A DNA stretch of 64,000 bases, from assembly GCA_964016885.1 (NCBI GenBank), contig OZ024760.1, positions 32,860,001 through 32,924,000 on the forward strand, written 5' to 3'. The stretch comes from Eledone cirrhosa (taxonomy: Eukaryota). Under the pieces are notes generated by a model. That model was not told where the DNA came from. It saw only the letters and a program-made list of their open reading frames with translations, and ran no database searches. This document shows positions 48,085 to 63,700 of the stretch, one piece after another (the stretch's first letter is position 1; each line of letters opens with the position of its first letter). The translations under genes and the position numbers were made by a program.

Positions 48085-48096
48085 TGAGCATGCGCA
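48085..48096 (-). promoter_or_regulatory. candidate NRF1-type promoter element
   Basis: TGCGCATGCTCA, an 11/12 match to YGCGCAYGCGCR, ~380 bp upstream of the ATG. Confidence 0.4.
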
Positions 48097-48163
48097 TTAG
48101 ATAAATAAATAAATGAGATTTGTTTCCCATGAAAGAATTATTTATAATCTTTATATAAACAGA

Positions 48164-48520
48164 CAGCTCCCGTTGTGGTGAGACGACCAGGTGTACTCAA
48201 CCACATGTCACAGATCTTGTTATGGTGAGAAGACCAGGTGTACTCAACCACATGTCACAGCTCCCCTTGTGGTGAGAAGGCCAGGTATACTCAACCACAT
48301 GTCACAGCTCCCTTTGTGGTGAGAAGACCATGTATACTCAACGACATGTCACAGCTTTCCTTATGGTGACAAGGCCAGGTGTACTCAACCACATGTCACA
48401 GCTCTCGTTATGGTGACAAGACCACGTATACTCAACCACATGTCACAGTTCCCCATGTCGTGACAAGGCCAGGTATACTCAACCACATATCACAGCTCCC
48501 CTTGTGGTGAGAAGACCATG
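48164..48520 (+). repeat. 47-bp minisatellite, ~7.5 copies
   Basis: tactcaac recurs every 47 bp from 48194 to 48476. Confidence 0.9.
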
Positions 48521-48751
48521 GTCGTATGTACTAAAATATAAACTGACCCCTATTTTATGTTTGAGAACTGGGCAAATATCTAATCCCCATTTATAAAACG
48601 AGGCAGCTAATTAAGACCTTATCAGATGGCGTATATAACCCAACCCAGCACACCCGCCTCATTTTACCAGCGATTTTTTGGGGTCACATATTTCTCGGCT
48701 ATTATTGGAAAGAGAAACGTAAACTTTCATGTTCTTTTTTTTGTTATTGTC

Positions 48752-51700
48752 GTTCATCTGACCAACAGACTGGTCATCTGACCAACAGTCTGGTCATCTG
48801 ACCAACAGACTGGTCTTGTGACCAACAGACTGGTCATCTGACCAACAGACTGGTCATCTGACCAACAGACTGGTCATCTGACCAACAGACTGGTCATCTG
48901 ACGAACAGACTGGCCATCTCACCAACAGTCTGGTCATCTGACCAACAGACTGATCTTCTCACCAACAGACTGGTCATCTGACCCACAGAGTGGTCATCTG
49001 ACCAACAGACTGGTCATCTGACCAACAGACTGATCATCAGGCCAACAAACTGTTCATCTCACCAACAGACTGGTCATCTGACGAACAGACTGGTCATCTC
49101 ACCCACACACTGGTCATCTGACCAACAGACTGGACTTCTGACCAACAGACTGGTCATCTGACCAACAGATTGGTCATCTCACCAACAAACTGGTCATCTG
49201 ATCAACAGACTGGTCATCTGACAAACAGACTGGTCATCTGGCCAACAGACTGGTCATCTGACCAACAGACTGGTCATCTCACCCACAGACTGGTCATCTG
49301 ACCAACAGACTGGTCATCTGACCAACAGACTGGTCATCTGACAAACAGACTGGTCATCTGACCAACAGACTGGTCTTCTGACCAACAGACTGGTCATCTG
49401 ACCAACAGACTGGTCATCTCACCAACAGACTGGTCATCTCACCAACAGACTGGTCATCTAACTCACAGACTGGTCATCTGACCAACAGACTGGTCATCTG
49501 ACCAACAGATTGGTCATCTCACCGACAGACTGGTCATCCGACCAACAGACTGGTCATCTGACCAACAGACTGGTCATCTCACCAACAGACTTGTCATCTC
49601 ACCAACAGACTGGTCATCTGACCAACAGACTGGTAATCTGACAAAGAAACTGGTCATCGGACCAACAGACTGGTCATCTGACGAACAGACTGGTCATCTC
49701 ACTAACAGACTGGTCATCTGAACAACAGATTGTTCTTCTCACCAACAGACTGGTCATCGGACACACAGACTGGTCATCTGACCAACAGACTGGTCATCTG
49801 ACCAACAGACTGGTCATCTCTCCCACAGACTGGTCATCTGACCAACAGACTGGTCATCTCTACCACAGACTGGTCATCTCACCAACAGACTGGTCATCTG
49901 ACAAACAGACTGGTCATCTGACCAAGAGACTGGTCAGCTGACAAACAGACTGGTCATATGACCAACAGACTGGTCATCTGACCAACAGACTGGTCATCTG
50001 ACCAACAGACTGGTCATCTCACCAACAGACTGATCATCAGACCAACAAACTGTTCATATCACCAACAGACTGGTCATCTGACCAACAGACTGGTCATCTG
50101 ACAAACAGACTGGTCATCTGACCAACAGACTGGTCATCTGAGCAACAGACTGGTCATCTGACCAACAGACTGGTCATCTCACCAACAGACTGATCATCAG
50201 ACCAACAAACTGTTCATATCACCAACAGACTGGTCATCTGACCAACAGACTGGTCATCTGACAAACAGACTGGTCATCTGACCAACAGACTGGTCATCTA
50301 ACCAACAGACTGGTCATCTCACCAACAGACTGGTCATCTCACCAACAGACTGGTCATCTCACCAACAGACTGATAATCTCACCAACAGACTGGTCATCTC
50401 ACTAACAGACTGATCATCAGACCAACAAACTGTTCATCTCACCCACAGACTGGTCATCTCACCAACAGACTGGTCATCTAACCAACAGACTGATCATCTG
50501 ACCAACAGATTGGTCATCTCACCAACAGACTGGTCATCTGATCAACAGACTGGTCTTCTGACCAACAGATTGGTCATATCACCAACAGACTAGTGATCTC
50601 ACCAACAGATTGATCATCAGGCCAACAAATTGTTCATCTCACCAACAGACTGGTCATCTGACGAACAGACTGGTCATCTCACCCACAGACTGGTCATCTC
50701 ACGAACAGACTGGTCATCTAACCAACAGGCTGGTCATCTGACCAACAGATTGGTCATCTAACCAACAGACTGGTCATATGACCAACAGACTGGTCATATG
50801 ACCAACAGACTGGTCATCTGACGAACAGACTGGTAATCTCACCAACAGACTGGTCATCTGACGAACAGACTGGTCATCTCACCCACAGACTGGTCATCTC
50901 ACCAACAGACTGGTCATCTGATCAACAGACTGGTCATCTGACAAACAGACTGGTCATCTCACCAACAGACTGGTCATCTCACCAACAGACTGGTCATCTG
51001 ACCAACAGACTGGTCTTCTGATCAACAGACTGGTCATCTCACCAACAGACTAGTCATCTCACCAACAGACTGGTCATCTGAACAACAGACTGATCATCTG
51101 ACCAACAGACTGGTCATCTGACAAACAGACTGGTCATCTGACCAACAGACTGGTCATCTGACCAACAGACTGGTCATCTCACCCACAGACTGGTCATCTC
51201 ACCAACAGACTTGTCATCTCACCAACAGACTGGTCATCTGACCAACAGACAGGTCATCTGATAAACAGACTGGTCATCTGACCAACAGACTGGTCATCTG
51301 ACTAACAGACTGGTCATCTGACCAACAGACTGGTCATCTCACCAACAGACTGGTCATCTCACCAACAGACTGGTCATCTGACTCACAGACTGGTCATTTG
51401 ACAAACAGACTGGTCATCTGACAAACAGACTGGTCATCTGACCAACAGACTGGTCATCTGACGAACAGACTGGCCATCTCACCAACAGACTGGTCATCTC
51501 ACCAACAGACTGATCTTCTCACCAACAGACTGGTCATCTGACCCACAGAGTGGTCATCTGACCAACAGACTGGTCATCTGACCAACAGACTGATCATCAG
51601 GCCAACAAACTGTTCATCCCACCAACAGACTGGTCATCTGACGAACAGACTGGTCATCTCACACACACACTGGTCATCTGACCAACAGACTGGACTTCTG

Positions 51701-54700
51701 ACCAACAGACTGGTCATCTGACCAACAGATTGGTCATCTCACCAACAGACTGGTCATCTGATCAACAGACTGGTCATCTGACAAACAGACTGGTCATCTG
51801 GCCAACAGACTGGTCATCTGACCAACAGACTGGTCATCTCACCCACAGACTGGTCATCTGACCAACAGACTGGTCATCTGACAAACAGACTGGTCATCTG
51901 ACAAACAGACTGGTAATCTGACCAACAGACTGGTCTTCTGACCAACAGACTGGTCTTCTGACCAACAGACTGGTCATCTCACCAACAGACTGGTCATCTC
52001 ACCAACAGACTGGTCATCTAACTCACAGACTGGTCATCTGACAAACAGACTGGTCATCTGACCAACAGACTGGTCATCTGACCAACAGACTGGTCATCTG
52101 ACCAACAGACTGGTCATCTGACCAACAGCTTGGTCATCTCACCGACAGACTGGTCATCCGACCAACAGACTGGTCATCTGACCAACAGACTGGTCATCTC
52201 ACCCACAGACTGGTCATCTCACCAACAGACTTGTCATCTCACCAACAGACTGGTCATCTGACCAACAGACTGGTCATCTGACCAACAGACTGGTAATCTG
52301 ACAAAGAAACTGGTCATCGGACCAACAGACTGGTCATCTGACGAACAGACTGGTCATCTCACTAACAGACTGGTCATCTGAACAACAGATTGTTCTTCTC
52401 ACCAACAGACTGGTCATCGGACACACAGACTGGTCATCTGACCAACAGACTGGTCATCTGACCAACAGACTGGTCATCTCTCCCACAGACTGGTCATCTG
52501 ACCAACAGACTGGTCATCTCTCCCACAGACTGGTCATCTCACCAACAGACTGGTCATCTGACAAACAGACTGGTCATCTGACCAAGAGACTGGTCATCTG
52601 ACAAACAGACTGGTCATCTGACCAACAGACTGGTCATCTGACGAACAGACTGGTCATCTCACCAACAGAATGGTCATCTGACCAACAGACTGGTCATCTC
52701 ACCCACTGACTGGTCATCTCACCAACAGACTGGTCATCTGATAAACACACTGGTCATCTGACCAACAGAATGGTCATCTGAACAACAGACTGGTCATCTC
52801 ACCCACTGACTCGTCATCTCACCAACAGACTGGTCATCTCACCAACAGACTGGTCATCGGACCAACAGACTGGTCATCTGACCAACAGACTGGTCAGCTG
52901 ACAAACAGACTCGTCATATGACCAACAGACTGGTCATCTGACGAACAGACTGGTAATCTCACCAACAGACTGGTCATCTGACCAACAGACTGGTCATCTG
53001 ACAAACAGACTGGTCATCTGACCAACAGACTGGTCATCTGACCAACAGACTGGTCATCTGACCAACAGACTGGTCATCTCACCAACAGACTGATCATCAG
53101 ACCAACAAACTGTTCATATCACCAACAGGCTGGTCATCTGACCAACAGACTGGTCATCTGACAAACAGACTGCTCATCTCACCAACAGACTGGTCATCTC
53201 ACCAACAGACTGGTCATCTCACCAACAGACTGGTCATCTCACCAACAGACTGGTCATCTCACCAACAGACTGATAATCTCACCAACAGACTGGTCATCTC
53301 ACCAACAGACTGATCATCAGACCAACAAACTGTTCATCTCACCAACAGACTGGTCATCTGACGAACAGACTGGTCATCTCACCCACAGACTGGTCATCGC
53401 ACCAACAGACTGGTCATCTAACCAACAGACTGGTCATCTGACCAACAGATTGGTCATCTCACCAACAGACTGGTCATCTGATCAACAGACTGGTCATCTG
53501 AAAAACAGACTGGTCATCTGACCAACAGACTGGTCATCTCACCAACAGACTGGTCATCTGACCAACAGACTGGTCTTCTGACCAACAGATTGGTCATCTC
53601 ACCAACAGACTAGTGATCTCACCAACAGATTGATCATCAGGCCAACAAATTGTTCATCTCACCAACAGACTGGTCATCTGACGAACAGACTGGTCATCTC
53701 ACCCACAGACTGGTCATCTCACGAACAGACTGGTCATCTAACCAACAGACTGGTCATCTGACCAACAGATTGGTCATCTCACCAACAGACTGGTCATCTG
53801 ACCAACAGACTGGTCATATGACCAACAGACTGGTCATCTGACGAACAGACTGGTAATCTCACCAACAGACTGGTCATCTGACCAACAGACTGGTCATCAG
53901 ACGAACAGACTGGTCATCTCACCCACAGACTGGTCATCTCACCAACAGACTGGTCATCTGATCAACAGACTGGTCATCTGACAAACAGACTGGTCATCTG
54001 ACCAACAGACTGGTCATCTCACCAACAGACTGGTCATCTGACCAACAGACTGGTCTTCTGATCAACAGACTGGTCATCTCACCAACAGACTAGTCATCTC
54101 ACAAACAGACTGGTCATCTGACCAACAGACTGATCATCTGACCAACAGACTGGTCATCTGACCAACAGACTGGTCAGCTGACCAACAGATTGGTCATCTC
54201 ACCAACAGACTGGTCATCTGATCAACAGACTGGTCATCTGACAAACAGACTGGTCATCTGACCAACAGACTGGTCATCTGACCAACAGACTGGTAATCTC
54301 ACCCACAGACTGGTCATCTCACCAACAGACTTGTCATCTCACCAACAGACTGGTCATCTGACCAACAGACTGGTCATCTGACCAACCGACTGGTCATCTG
54401 ACAAACAGACTGGCCATCTGACCAACAGCCTGGTCATCTGACTAACAGACTGGTCATCTGACAAACAGACTGGTCATCTGACCAACAGACTGGTCATCTG
54501 ACCAACAGACTGGTCATCTGACCAACAGACTGGTCATCTGACCCACAGACTGGTCATCTGACCCAGAGACTGGTCATCTCAACAACAGACTGGTCATCTC
54601 ACCAACAGACTGGTCATCTGACCAACAGACTGGTCTTCTGACCAACAGACTGGTCATCTCACCAACAGACTGGTCTTCTGACCAACAGACTGGTCATCTC

Positions 54701-57700
54701 ACCCACAGACTGGTCATCTCACCAACAGACTTGTCATCTCACCAACAGACTGGTCATCTGACGAACAGACTGGTCACCTGACCAACAGACTGGTCATCTG
54801 ACCAACAGACTGGTCATCTGACCAACAGACTGGTCCTCTGACAAACAGACTGGACATCTAACCAACAGACTGGTCATATCACCAACAGACTGGTCATCTG
54901 ATCAAAAGACTGGTCATCTGACAAACAGACTGGTCATCTGACCAACAGCCTGGTCATCTCACCAACAGACTGGTCAGCTGACCAACAGACTGGTTTTCTG
55001 ACCAACAGACTGGTCATCTCACCAACAGACTGGTCATCTCACCAACAGATTGGTCATCTGACCAACAGACTGGTCATCTCACCAACAGACTGGTCATCTG
55101 ACCAACAGATTGTTCTTCTGACCAACAGACTGGTCATCTCACCAACAGACTGGTCATCTCACCAACAGATTGGTCATCTGACCAACAGACTGGTCATCTC
55201 ACCAACAGACTGGACCTCTGACCCACAGACTGGTCATATGACCAACAGACTGGTCATCTGACGAACAGACTGGTAATCTCACCAACAGACTGGTCATCTG
55301 ACCAACAGACTGGTCATCAGACGAACAGACTGGTCATCTCACCCACAGACTGGTCATCTCACCAACAGACTGGTCATCTGATCAACAGACTGGTCATCTC
55401 ACCAACAGACTGATCATCAGACCAACAAACTGTTCATATCACCAACAGACTGGTCATCTGACGAACAGACTGGTCATCTCACCCACAGACTGGTCATCGC
55501 ACCAACAGACTGGTCATCTAACCAACAGACTGGTCATCTGACCAACAGATTGGTCATCTCACCAACAGACTGGTCATCTGATCAACAGACTGGTCATCTG
55601 AAAAACAGACTGGTCATCTGACCAACAGACTGGTCATCTCACCAACAGACTGGTCATCTGACCAACAGACTGGTCTTCTGACCAACAGATTGGTTATCTC
55701 ACCAACAGACTAGTGATCTCACCAACAGATTGATCATCAGGCCAACAAATTGTTCATCTCACCAACAGACTGGTCATCTGACGAACAGACTGGTCATCTC
55801 ACCCACAGACTGGTCATCTAACCAACAGACTGGTCATCTGACCAACAGATTGGTCATCTCACCAACAGACTGGTCATCTGACCAACAGACTGGTCATATG
55901 ACCAACAGACTGGTCATCTGACGAACAGACTGGTAATCTCACCAACAGATTGGTCATCTGACCAACAGACTGGTCATCAGACGAACAGACTGGTCATCTC
56001 ACCCACAGACTGGTCATCTCACCAACAGACTGGTCATCTGATCAACAGACTGGTCATCCGACAAACAGACTGGTCATCTGACCAACAGACTCGTCATCTC
56101 ACCAACAGACTGGTCATCTGACCAACAGACTGGTCTTCTGATCAACAGACTGGTCATCTCACCAACAGACTAGTCATCTCACCAACAGACTGGTCATCTG
56201 ACCAACAGACTGATCATCTGACCAACAGACTGGTCATCTGACCAACAGACTGGTCAGCTGACCAACAGATTGGTCATCTCACCAACAGACTGGTCATCTG
56301 ATCAACAGACTGGTCATCTGACAAACAGACTGGTCATCTGACCAACAGACTGGTCATCTGACCAACAGACTGGTCATCTCACCCACAGACTGGTCATCTC
56401 ACCAACAGACTTGTCATCTCACCAACAGACTGGTCATCTGACCAACAGACTGATCATCTGACCAACCGACTGGTCATCTGATAAACAGACTGGTCATCTG
56501 ACCAACAGCCTGGTCATCTGACTAACAGACTGGTCATCTGACAAACAGACTGGTCATCTGACCAACAGACTGGTCATCTGACCAACAGACTGGTCATCTG
56601 ACCAACAGACTGGTCATCTGACCCACAGACTGGTCATCTGACCCAGAGACTGGTCATCTCAACAACAGACTGGTCATCTCACCAACAGACTGGTCATCTG
56701 ACCAACAGACTGGTCTTCTGACCAACAGACTGGTCATCTCACCAACAGACTGGTCTTCTGACCAACAGACTGGTCATCTCACCCACAGACTGGTCATCTC
56801 ACCAACAGACTTGTCATCTCACCAACAGACTGGTCATCTGACGAACAGACTGGTCACCTGACCAACAGACTGGTCATCTGACCAACAGACTGGTCATCTG
56901 ACCAACAGACTGGTCCTCTGACAAACAGACTGGTCATCTAACCAACAGACTGGTCATATCACCAACAGACTGGTCATCTGATCAAAAGACTGGTCATCTC
57001 ACCAACAGACTGGTCAGCTGACCAACAGACTGGTCATCTGACCAACAGACTGGTCATCTCACCAACAGACTGGTCATCTCACCAACAGATTGGTCATCTG
57101 ACCAACAGACTGGTCATCTCACCAACAGACTGGTCATCTGACCAACAGATTGTTCTTCTGACCAACAGACTGGTCATCTCACCAACAGACTGGTCATCTC
57201 ACCAACAGATTGGTCATCTGACCAACAGACTGGTCATCTCACCAACAGACTGGACCTCTGACCCACAGACTGGTCATCTCACCAACAGACTGGTCATCCG
57301 ACCAACAGACTGTTCATCTGACCAACAGACTAGTCACCTGACCAACAGACTGGTCATCTGACCAACAGACTGGTCATCTCACAAACAGACGTGTCATTTG
57401 TCTAACAGACTGGTCATCTGACCAACAGACTTGTCATCTGACTAACAGACTGGTCATCTCACCAACAGACTGGTCATCTGACCAACAGATTGTTCTTCTC
57501 ACCAACAGACTGGTCATCGGACACACAGACAGGTCATCTGACCAACAGACTGGTCATCTGACAAACAGACTGGTCATGTGACCAACAGACTGGTCATCTG
57601 ACCAACAGACTGGTTATCTGACGAACAGATTGGTCATCTCACCAACAGAATGGTCATCTGACCAACAGACTGGTCATCTCACCCACTGACTGGTCATCTC

Positions 57701-60700
57701 ACCAACAGACTGGTCACCTGACAAACAGACCGGTCATCTGACCAACAGAATAGTCATCTGACCAACACTCTGGTCATCTCACCCACTGACTGGTCATCTC
57801 ACCAACAGACTCGTCATCTCACCAACAGACTGGTTATCTGACCAACAGACTGGTCATCTGACCAACAGACTGGTCATCTGACAAACAGACTGGTCATATG
57901 ACCAACAGACTGGTCATCTGACGAACAGACTTATAATCTCACCAACAGACTGGTCATCTGACCAACAGACGGGTCATCTGACCAACAGACTGGTCATCTC
58001 ACCAACAGACTGATCATCAGACCAACAAACTGTTCATCTCACCAACAAACTGGTAATCTGACAAACAGACTGGTCATCTGACCAACAGACTGGTCATCTG
58101 ACCAACAGACTGGTCTTCTCACCAACAGACTGGTCATCTCACCAACAGACTGATCATCAGACCAACAAACTGTTCATCTCACCAACAGACTGGTCATCGA
58201 ACGAACAGACTGGTCATCTGACCCACAGACTGGTCATCTGACCAACAGACTGGTCATCTGACGAACAGACTGGTCATCTCACCAACAGACTGGTCATCTC
58301 ACCAACAGACTGGTCATCTGATTAACAGACTGGTCATCTGACCAACAGACTAGTCATCTGACCCACAGACTGGTCATCTGACCAACAGACTGGTCATCTG
58401 ACGAACAGACTGGTCATCTCACCAACAGACTGGTCATCTGACTAACAGACTGGTCGTCTGACCAACAGATTGGTCACCTGACCAACCGACTGGTCATCTG
58501 ACGAACAGACTGGTCATCTGAAAAAGAGACTGGTCATCTCACCAACAGACTGGTCATCTCACCAACAGACTGGTCATCTAACTAACAGACTGGTCTTCTG
58601 ACCAACAGACTGGTCATTTGACCAACAGACTGTTCATCTCACCAACAGACTGGAAATCTGACCCACAGACTGGTCATCTCACCAACAGACTGGTCATCTG
58701 ACCAACAGACTGGTCAGCTGACCAACAGATTGGTCATATCACCAACAGACTGGTCATCTGATCAACAGACTGGTCATCTGACAAACAGACTGGTCATCTG
58801 ACCAACAGACTGGTCAACTGACCAACAGACTGGTCATCTCACCCACAGACTGGTCAACTCACCAACAGACTTGTCATCTCACCAACAGACTGGTCATCTG
58901 ACCAACAGACTGGTCATCTGACCAACAGACTGGTCATCTGACAAACAGACTGGTCATCTGACCAACAGCCTGGTCATCTGACTAACAGACTGGTCATCTG
59001 ACCAACAGACTTGTCATCTGACCAACAGACTGGTCATCTGACCAACAGAATGGTCATCTGACTCACAGACTGGTCATTTGACAAACAGACTGGTCATCTG
59101 ACAAACAGACTGGTCATCTGACCAACAGACTGGTCATCTGACCAACAGACTGGTTATCTGAGCAACAGACTGGTCATCTGACCCACAGACTGGTCATCTG
59201 ACCCAGAGACTGGTCATCTCAACTACAGACTGGTCATCTCACCAACAGACTGGTCAGCTGACCAACAGATTGGTCATATCACCAACAGACTGGTCATCTG
59301 ATCAACAGACTGGTCTTCTGACCAACAGACTGGTCATCTCACCAACAGACTGGTCTTCTGACCAACAGACTGGTCATCTCACCCACAGACTGGTCATCTC
59401 ACCAACAGACTTGTCATCTCACCAACAGACTGGTCATCTGACGAACAGACTGGTCACCTGACCAACAGACTGGTCATCTAACCAACAGACTGGTCATCTG
59501 ACCAACAGACTGGTCCTCTGACAAACAGACTGGTCATCTAACCAACAGACTGGTCATATCACCAACAGACTGGTCATCTGATCAAAAGACTGGTCATCTG
59601 ACAAACAGACTGGTCATCTGACCAACAGCCTGGTCATCTCACCAACAGACTGGTCAGCTGACCAACAGACTGGTCTTCTGACCAACAGACTGGTCATCTC
59701 ACCAACAGACTGGTCATCTCACCAACAGATTGGTCATCTGACCAACAGACTGGTCATCTCACCAACAGACTAGTCATCTCACCAACAGACTGTACATCTG
59801 ACCCCCAGACTGGTCATCTGACAAACAGACTGGTCATCTGACCAACAGCCTGGTCATCTCACCAACAGACTGGTCAGCTGACCAACAGACTGGTCTTCTG
59901 ACCAACAGACTGGTCATCTCACCAACAGACTGGTCATCTCACCAACAGATTGGTCATCTGACCAACAGACTGGTCATCTCACCAACAGACTGGTCATCTG
60001 ACCAACAGATTGTTCTTCTGACCAACAGACTGGTCATCTCACCAACAGACTGGTCATCTCACCAACAGATTGGTCATCTGACCAACAGACTGGTCATCTC
60101 ACCAACAGACTGGACCTCTGACCCACAGACTGGTCATCCGACCAACAGATTGGTCATCTGACCAACAGACTGGTCATCTGACCAACAGACTGGTCATCTG
60201 ACCAACAGACTGGTCATCTGACCCACAGACTGGTCATCTGTCCAACAGATTGGTCATCTCACCAACAGACTGGTCATCCGACCAACAGACTGTTCATCTG
60301 ACCAACAGACTAGTCACCTGACCAACAGACTGGTCATCTGACCAACAGACTGGTCATCTCACCCACAGACTGGTCATCTCACCAACAGACTTGTCATCTC
60401 ACAAACAGACGTGTCATTTGTCTAACAGACTGGTCATCTGACCAACAGACTTGTCATCTGACTAACAGACTGGTCATCTCACCAACAGACTGGTCATCTG
60501 AAAAACAGATTGTTCTTCTCACCAACAGACTGGTCATCGGACACACAGACAGGTCATCTGACCAACAGACTGGTCATCTGACAAACAGACTGGTCATGTG
60601 ACCAACAGACTGGTCATCTGACCAACAGACTGGTTATCTGACGAACAGACTGGTCATCTCACCAACAGAATGGTCATCTGACCAACAGACTGGTCATCTC

Positions 60701-63700
60701 ACCCACTGACTGGTCATCTCACCAACAGACTGGTCACCTGACAAACAGACCGGTCATCTGACCAACAGAATAGTCATCTGACCAACACTCTGGTCATCTC
60801 ACCCACTGACTGGTCATCTCACCAACAGACTCGTCATCTCACCAACAGACTGGTTATCTGACCAACAGACTGGTCATCTGACCAACAGACTGGTCATCTG
60901 ACAAACAGACTGGTCATATGACCAACAGACTGGTCATCTGACGAACAGACTTATAATCTCACCAACAGACTGGTCATCTGACCAACAGACGGGTCATCTG
61001 ACCAACAGACTGGTCATCTCACCAACAGACTGATCATCAGACCAACAAACTGTTCATCTCACCAACAAACTGGTAATCTGACAAACAGACTGGTCATCTG
61101 ACCAACAGACTGGTCATCTGACCAACAGACTGGTCTTCTCACCAACAGACTGGTCATCTCACCAACAGACTGATCATCAGACCAACAAACTGTTCATCTC
61201 ACCAACAGACTGGTCATCGAACGAACAGACTGGTCATCTGACCCACAGACTGGTCATCTGACCAACAGACTGGTCATCTGACGAACAGACTGGTCATCTC
61301 ACCAACAGACTGGTCATCTCACCAACAGACTGGTCATCTGATTAACAGACTGGTCATCTGACCAACAGACTGGTCATCTGACCCACAGACTGGTCATCTG
61401 ACCAACAGACTGGTCATCTGACGAACAGACTGGTCATCTCACCAACAGACTGGTCATCTGACTAACAGACTGGTCGTCTGACCAACAGATTGGTCACCTG
61501 ACCAACCGACTGGTCATCTGACGAACAGACTGGTCATCTGAAAAAGAGACTGGTCATCTCACCAACAGACTGGTCATCTCACCAACAGACTGGTCATCTA
61601 ACTAACAGACTGGTCTTCTGACCAACAGACTGGTCATTTGACCAACAGACTGTTCATCTCACCAACAGACTGGAAATCTGACCCACAGACTGGTCATCTC
61701 ACCAACAGACTGGTCATCTGACCAACAGACTGGTCAGCTGACCAACAGATTGGTCATATCACCAACAGACTGGTCATCTGATCAACAGACTGGTCATCTG
61801 ACAAACAGACTGGTCATCTGACCAACAGACTGGTCAACTGACCAACAGACTGGTCATCTCACCCACAGACTGGTCATCTCACCAACAGACTTGTCATCTC
61901 ACCAACAGACTGGTCATCTGACCAACAGACTGGTCATCTGACCAACAGACTGGTCATCTGACAAACAGACTGGTCATCTGACCAACAGCCTGGTCATCTG
62001 ACTAACAGACTGGTCATCTGACCAACAGACTTGTCATCTGACCAACAGACTGGTCATCTGACCAACAGAATGGTCATCTGACTCACAGACTGGTCATTTG
62101 ACAAACAGACTGGTCATCTGACAAACAGACTGGTCATCTGACCAACAGACTGGTCATCTGACCAACAGACTGGTCATCTGAACAACAGACTGGTCATCTG
62201 ACCCACAGACTGGTCATCTGACCCAGAGACTGGTCATCTCAACAACAGACTGGTCATCTCACCAACAGACTGGTCATCTGACCAACAGACTGGTCTTCTG
62301 ACCAACAGACTGGTCATCTCACCAACAGACTGGTCTTCTGACCAACAGACTGGTCATCTCACCGACAGACTGGTCATCTCACCAACAGACTTGTCATCTC
62401 ACCAACAGACTGGTCATCTGACGAACAGACTGGTCACCTGACCAACAGACTGGTCATCTGACCAACAGACTGGTCATCTGACCAACAGACTGGTCCTCTG
62501 ACAAACAGACTGGTCATCTAACCAACAGACTGGTCATATCACCAACAGACTGGTCATCTGATCAAAAGACTGGTCATCTGACAAACAGACTGGTCATCTG
62601 ACCAACAGCCTGGTCATCTCACCAACAGACTGGTCAGCTGACCAACAGACTGGTCTTCTGACCAACAGACTGGTCATCTCACCAACAGACTGGTCATCTC
62701 ACCAACAGATTGGTCATCTGACCAACAGACTGGTCATCTCACCAACAGACTAGTCATCTCACCAACAGACTGTACATCTGACCCCCAGACTGGTCCTCTG
62801 ACCAACAGACTGGTCATCTGACCAACAGACTTGTCATCTGACCTACAGACTGGTCCTCTGACCAACAGATTGGTCATCTCACCAACAGACTGGTCATCTG
62901 ACCAACAGACTTGTCATCTCACCAACAGACTTGTCATCTGAACAACAGACAGGTCATCTGACCAACAGACTGGTCATCTGACAAACAGACTGGTCATCTG
63001 ACCAACAGACTGCTCATCTGACCAACAGATTGGTCATCTGACCAACAGACTGGTCATCTGACTCACAGACTGGTCATTTGACAAACAGACTGGTCATCTG
63101 ACCAACAGACTGGTCATCTGACCAACAGACTGGTCATCTGACCCACAGACTGGTCATGTGACCCACAGACTGGTCATCTCACCAACAGACTGGTCATCTC
63201 ACCAACAGACTGGTCATCTGACCAACAGATTGTTCTTCTGACCAACAGACTGGTCATCTCACCAACAGACTGGTCATCTCACCAACAGATTGGTCATCTG
63301 ACCAACAGACTGGTCATCTCACCAACAGACTGGACCTCTGACTCACAGACTGGTCATCCGACCAACAGATTGGTCATCTGACCAACAGACTGGTCGTCTG
63401 ACCAACAGACTGGTCATCTGACCAACAGACTGGTCATCTGACCCACAGACTGGTCATCTGTCCAACAGATTGGTCATCTCACCAACAGACTGGTCATCCG
63501 ACCAACAGACTGTTCATCTGACCAACAGACTAGTCACCTGACCAACAGACTGGTCATCTGACCAACAGACTGGTCATCTCACCCACAGACTGGTCATCTC
63601 ACCAACAGACTTGTCATCTCACAAACAGACGTGTCATTTGTCTAACAGACTGGTCATCTGACCAACAGACTGGTCATCTGACGAACAGACTGGTCATCTC

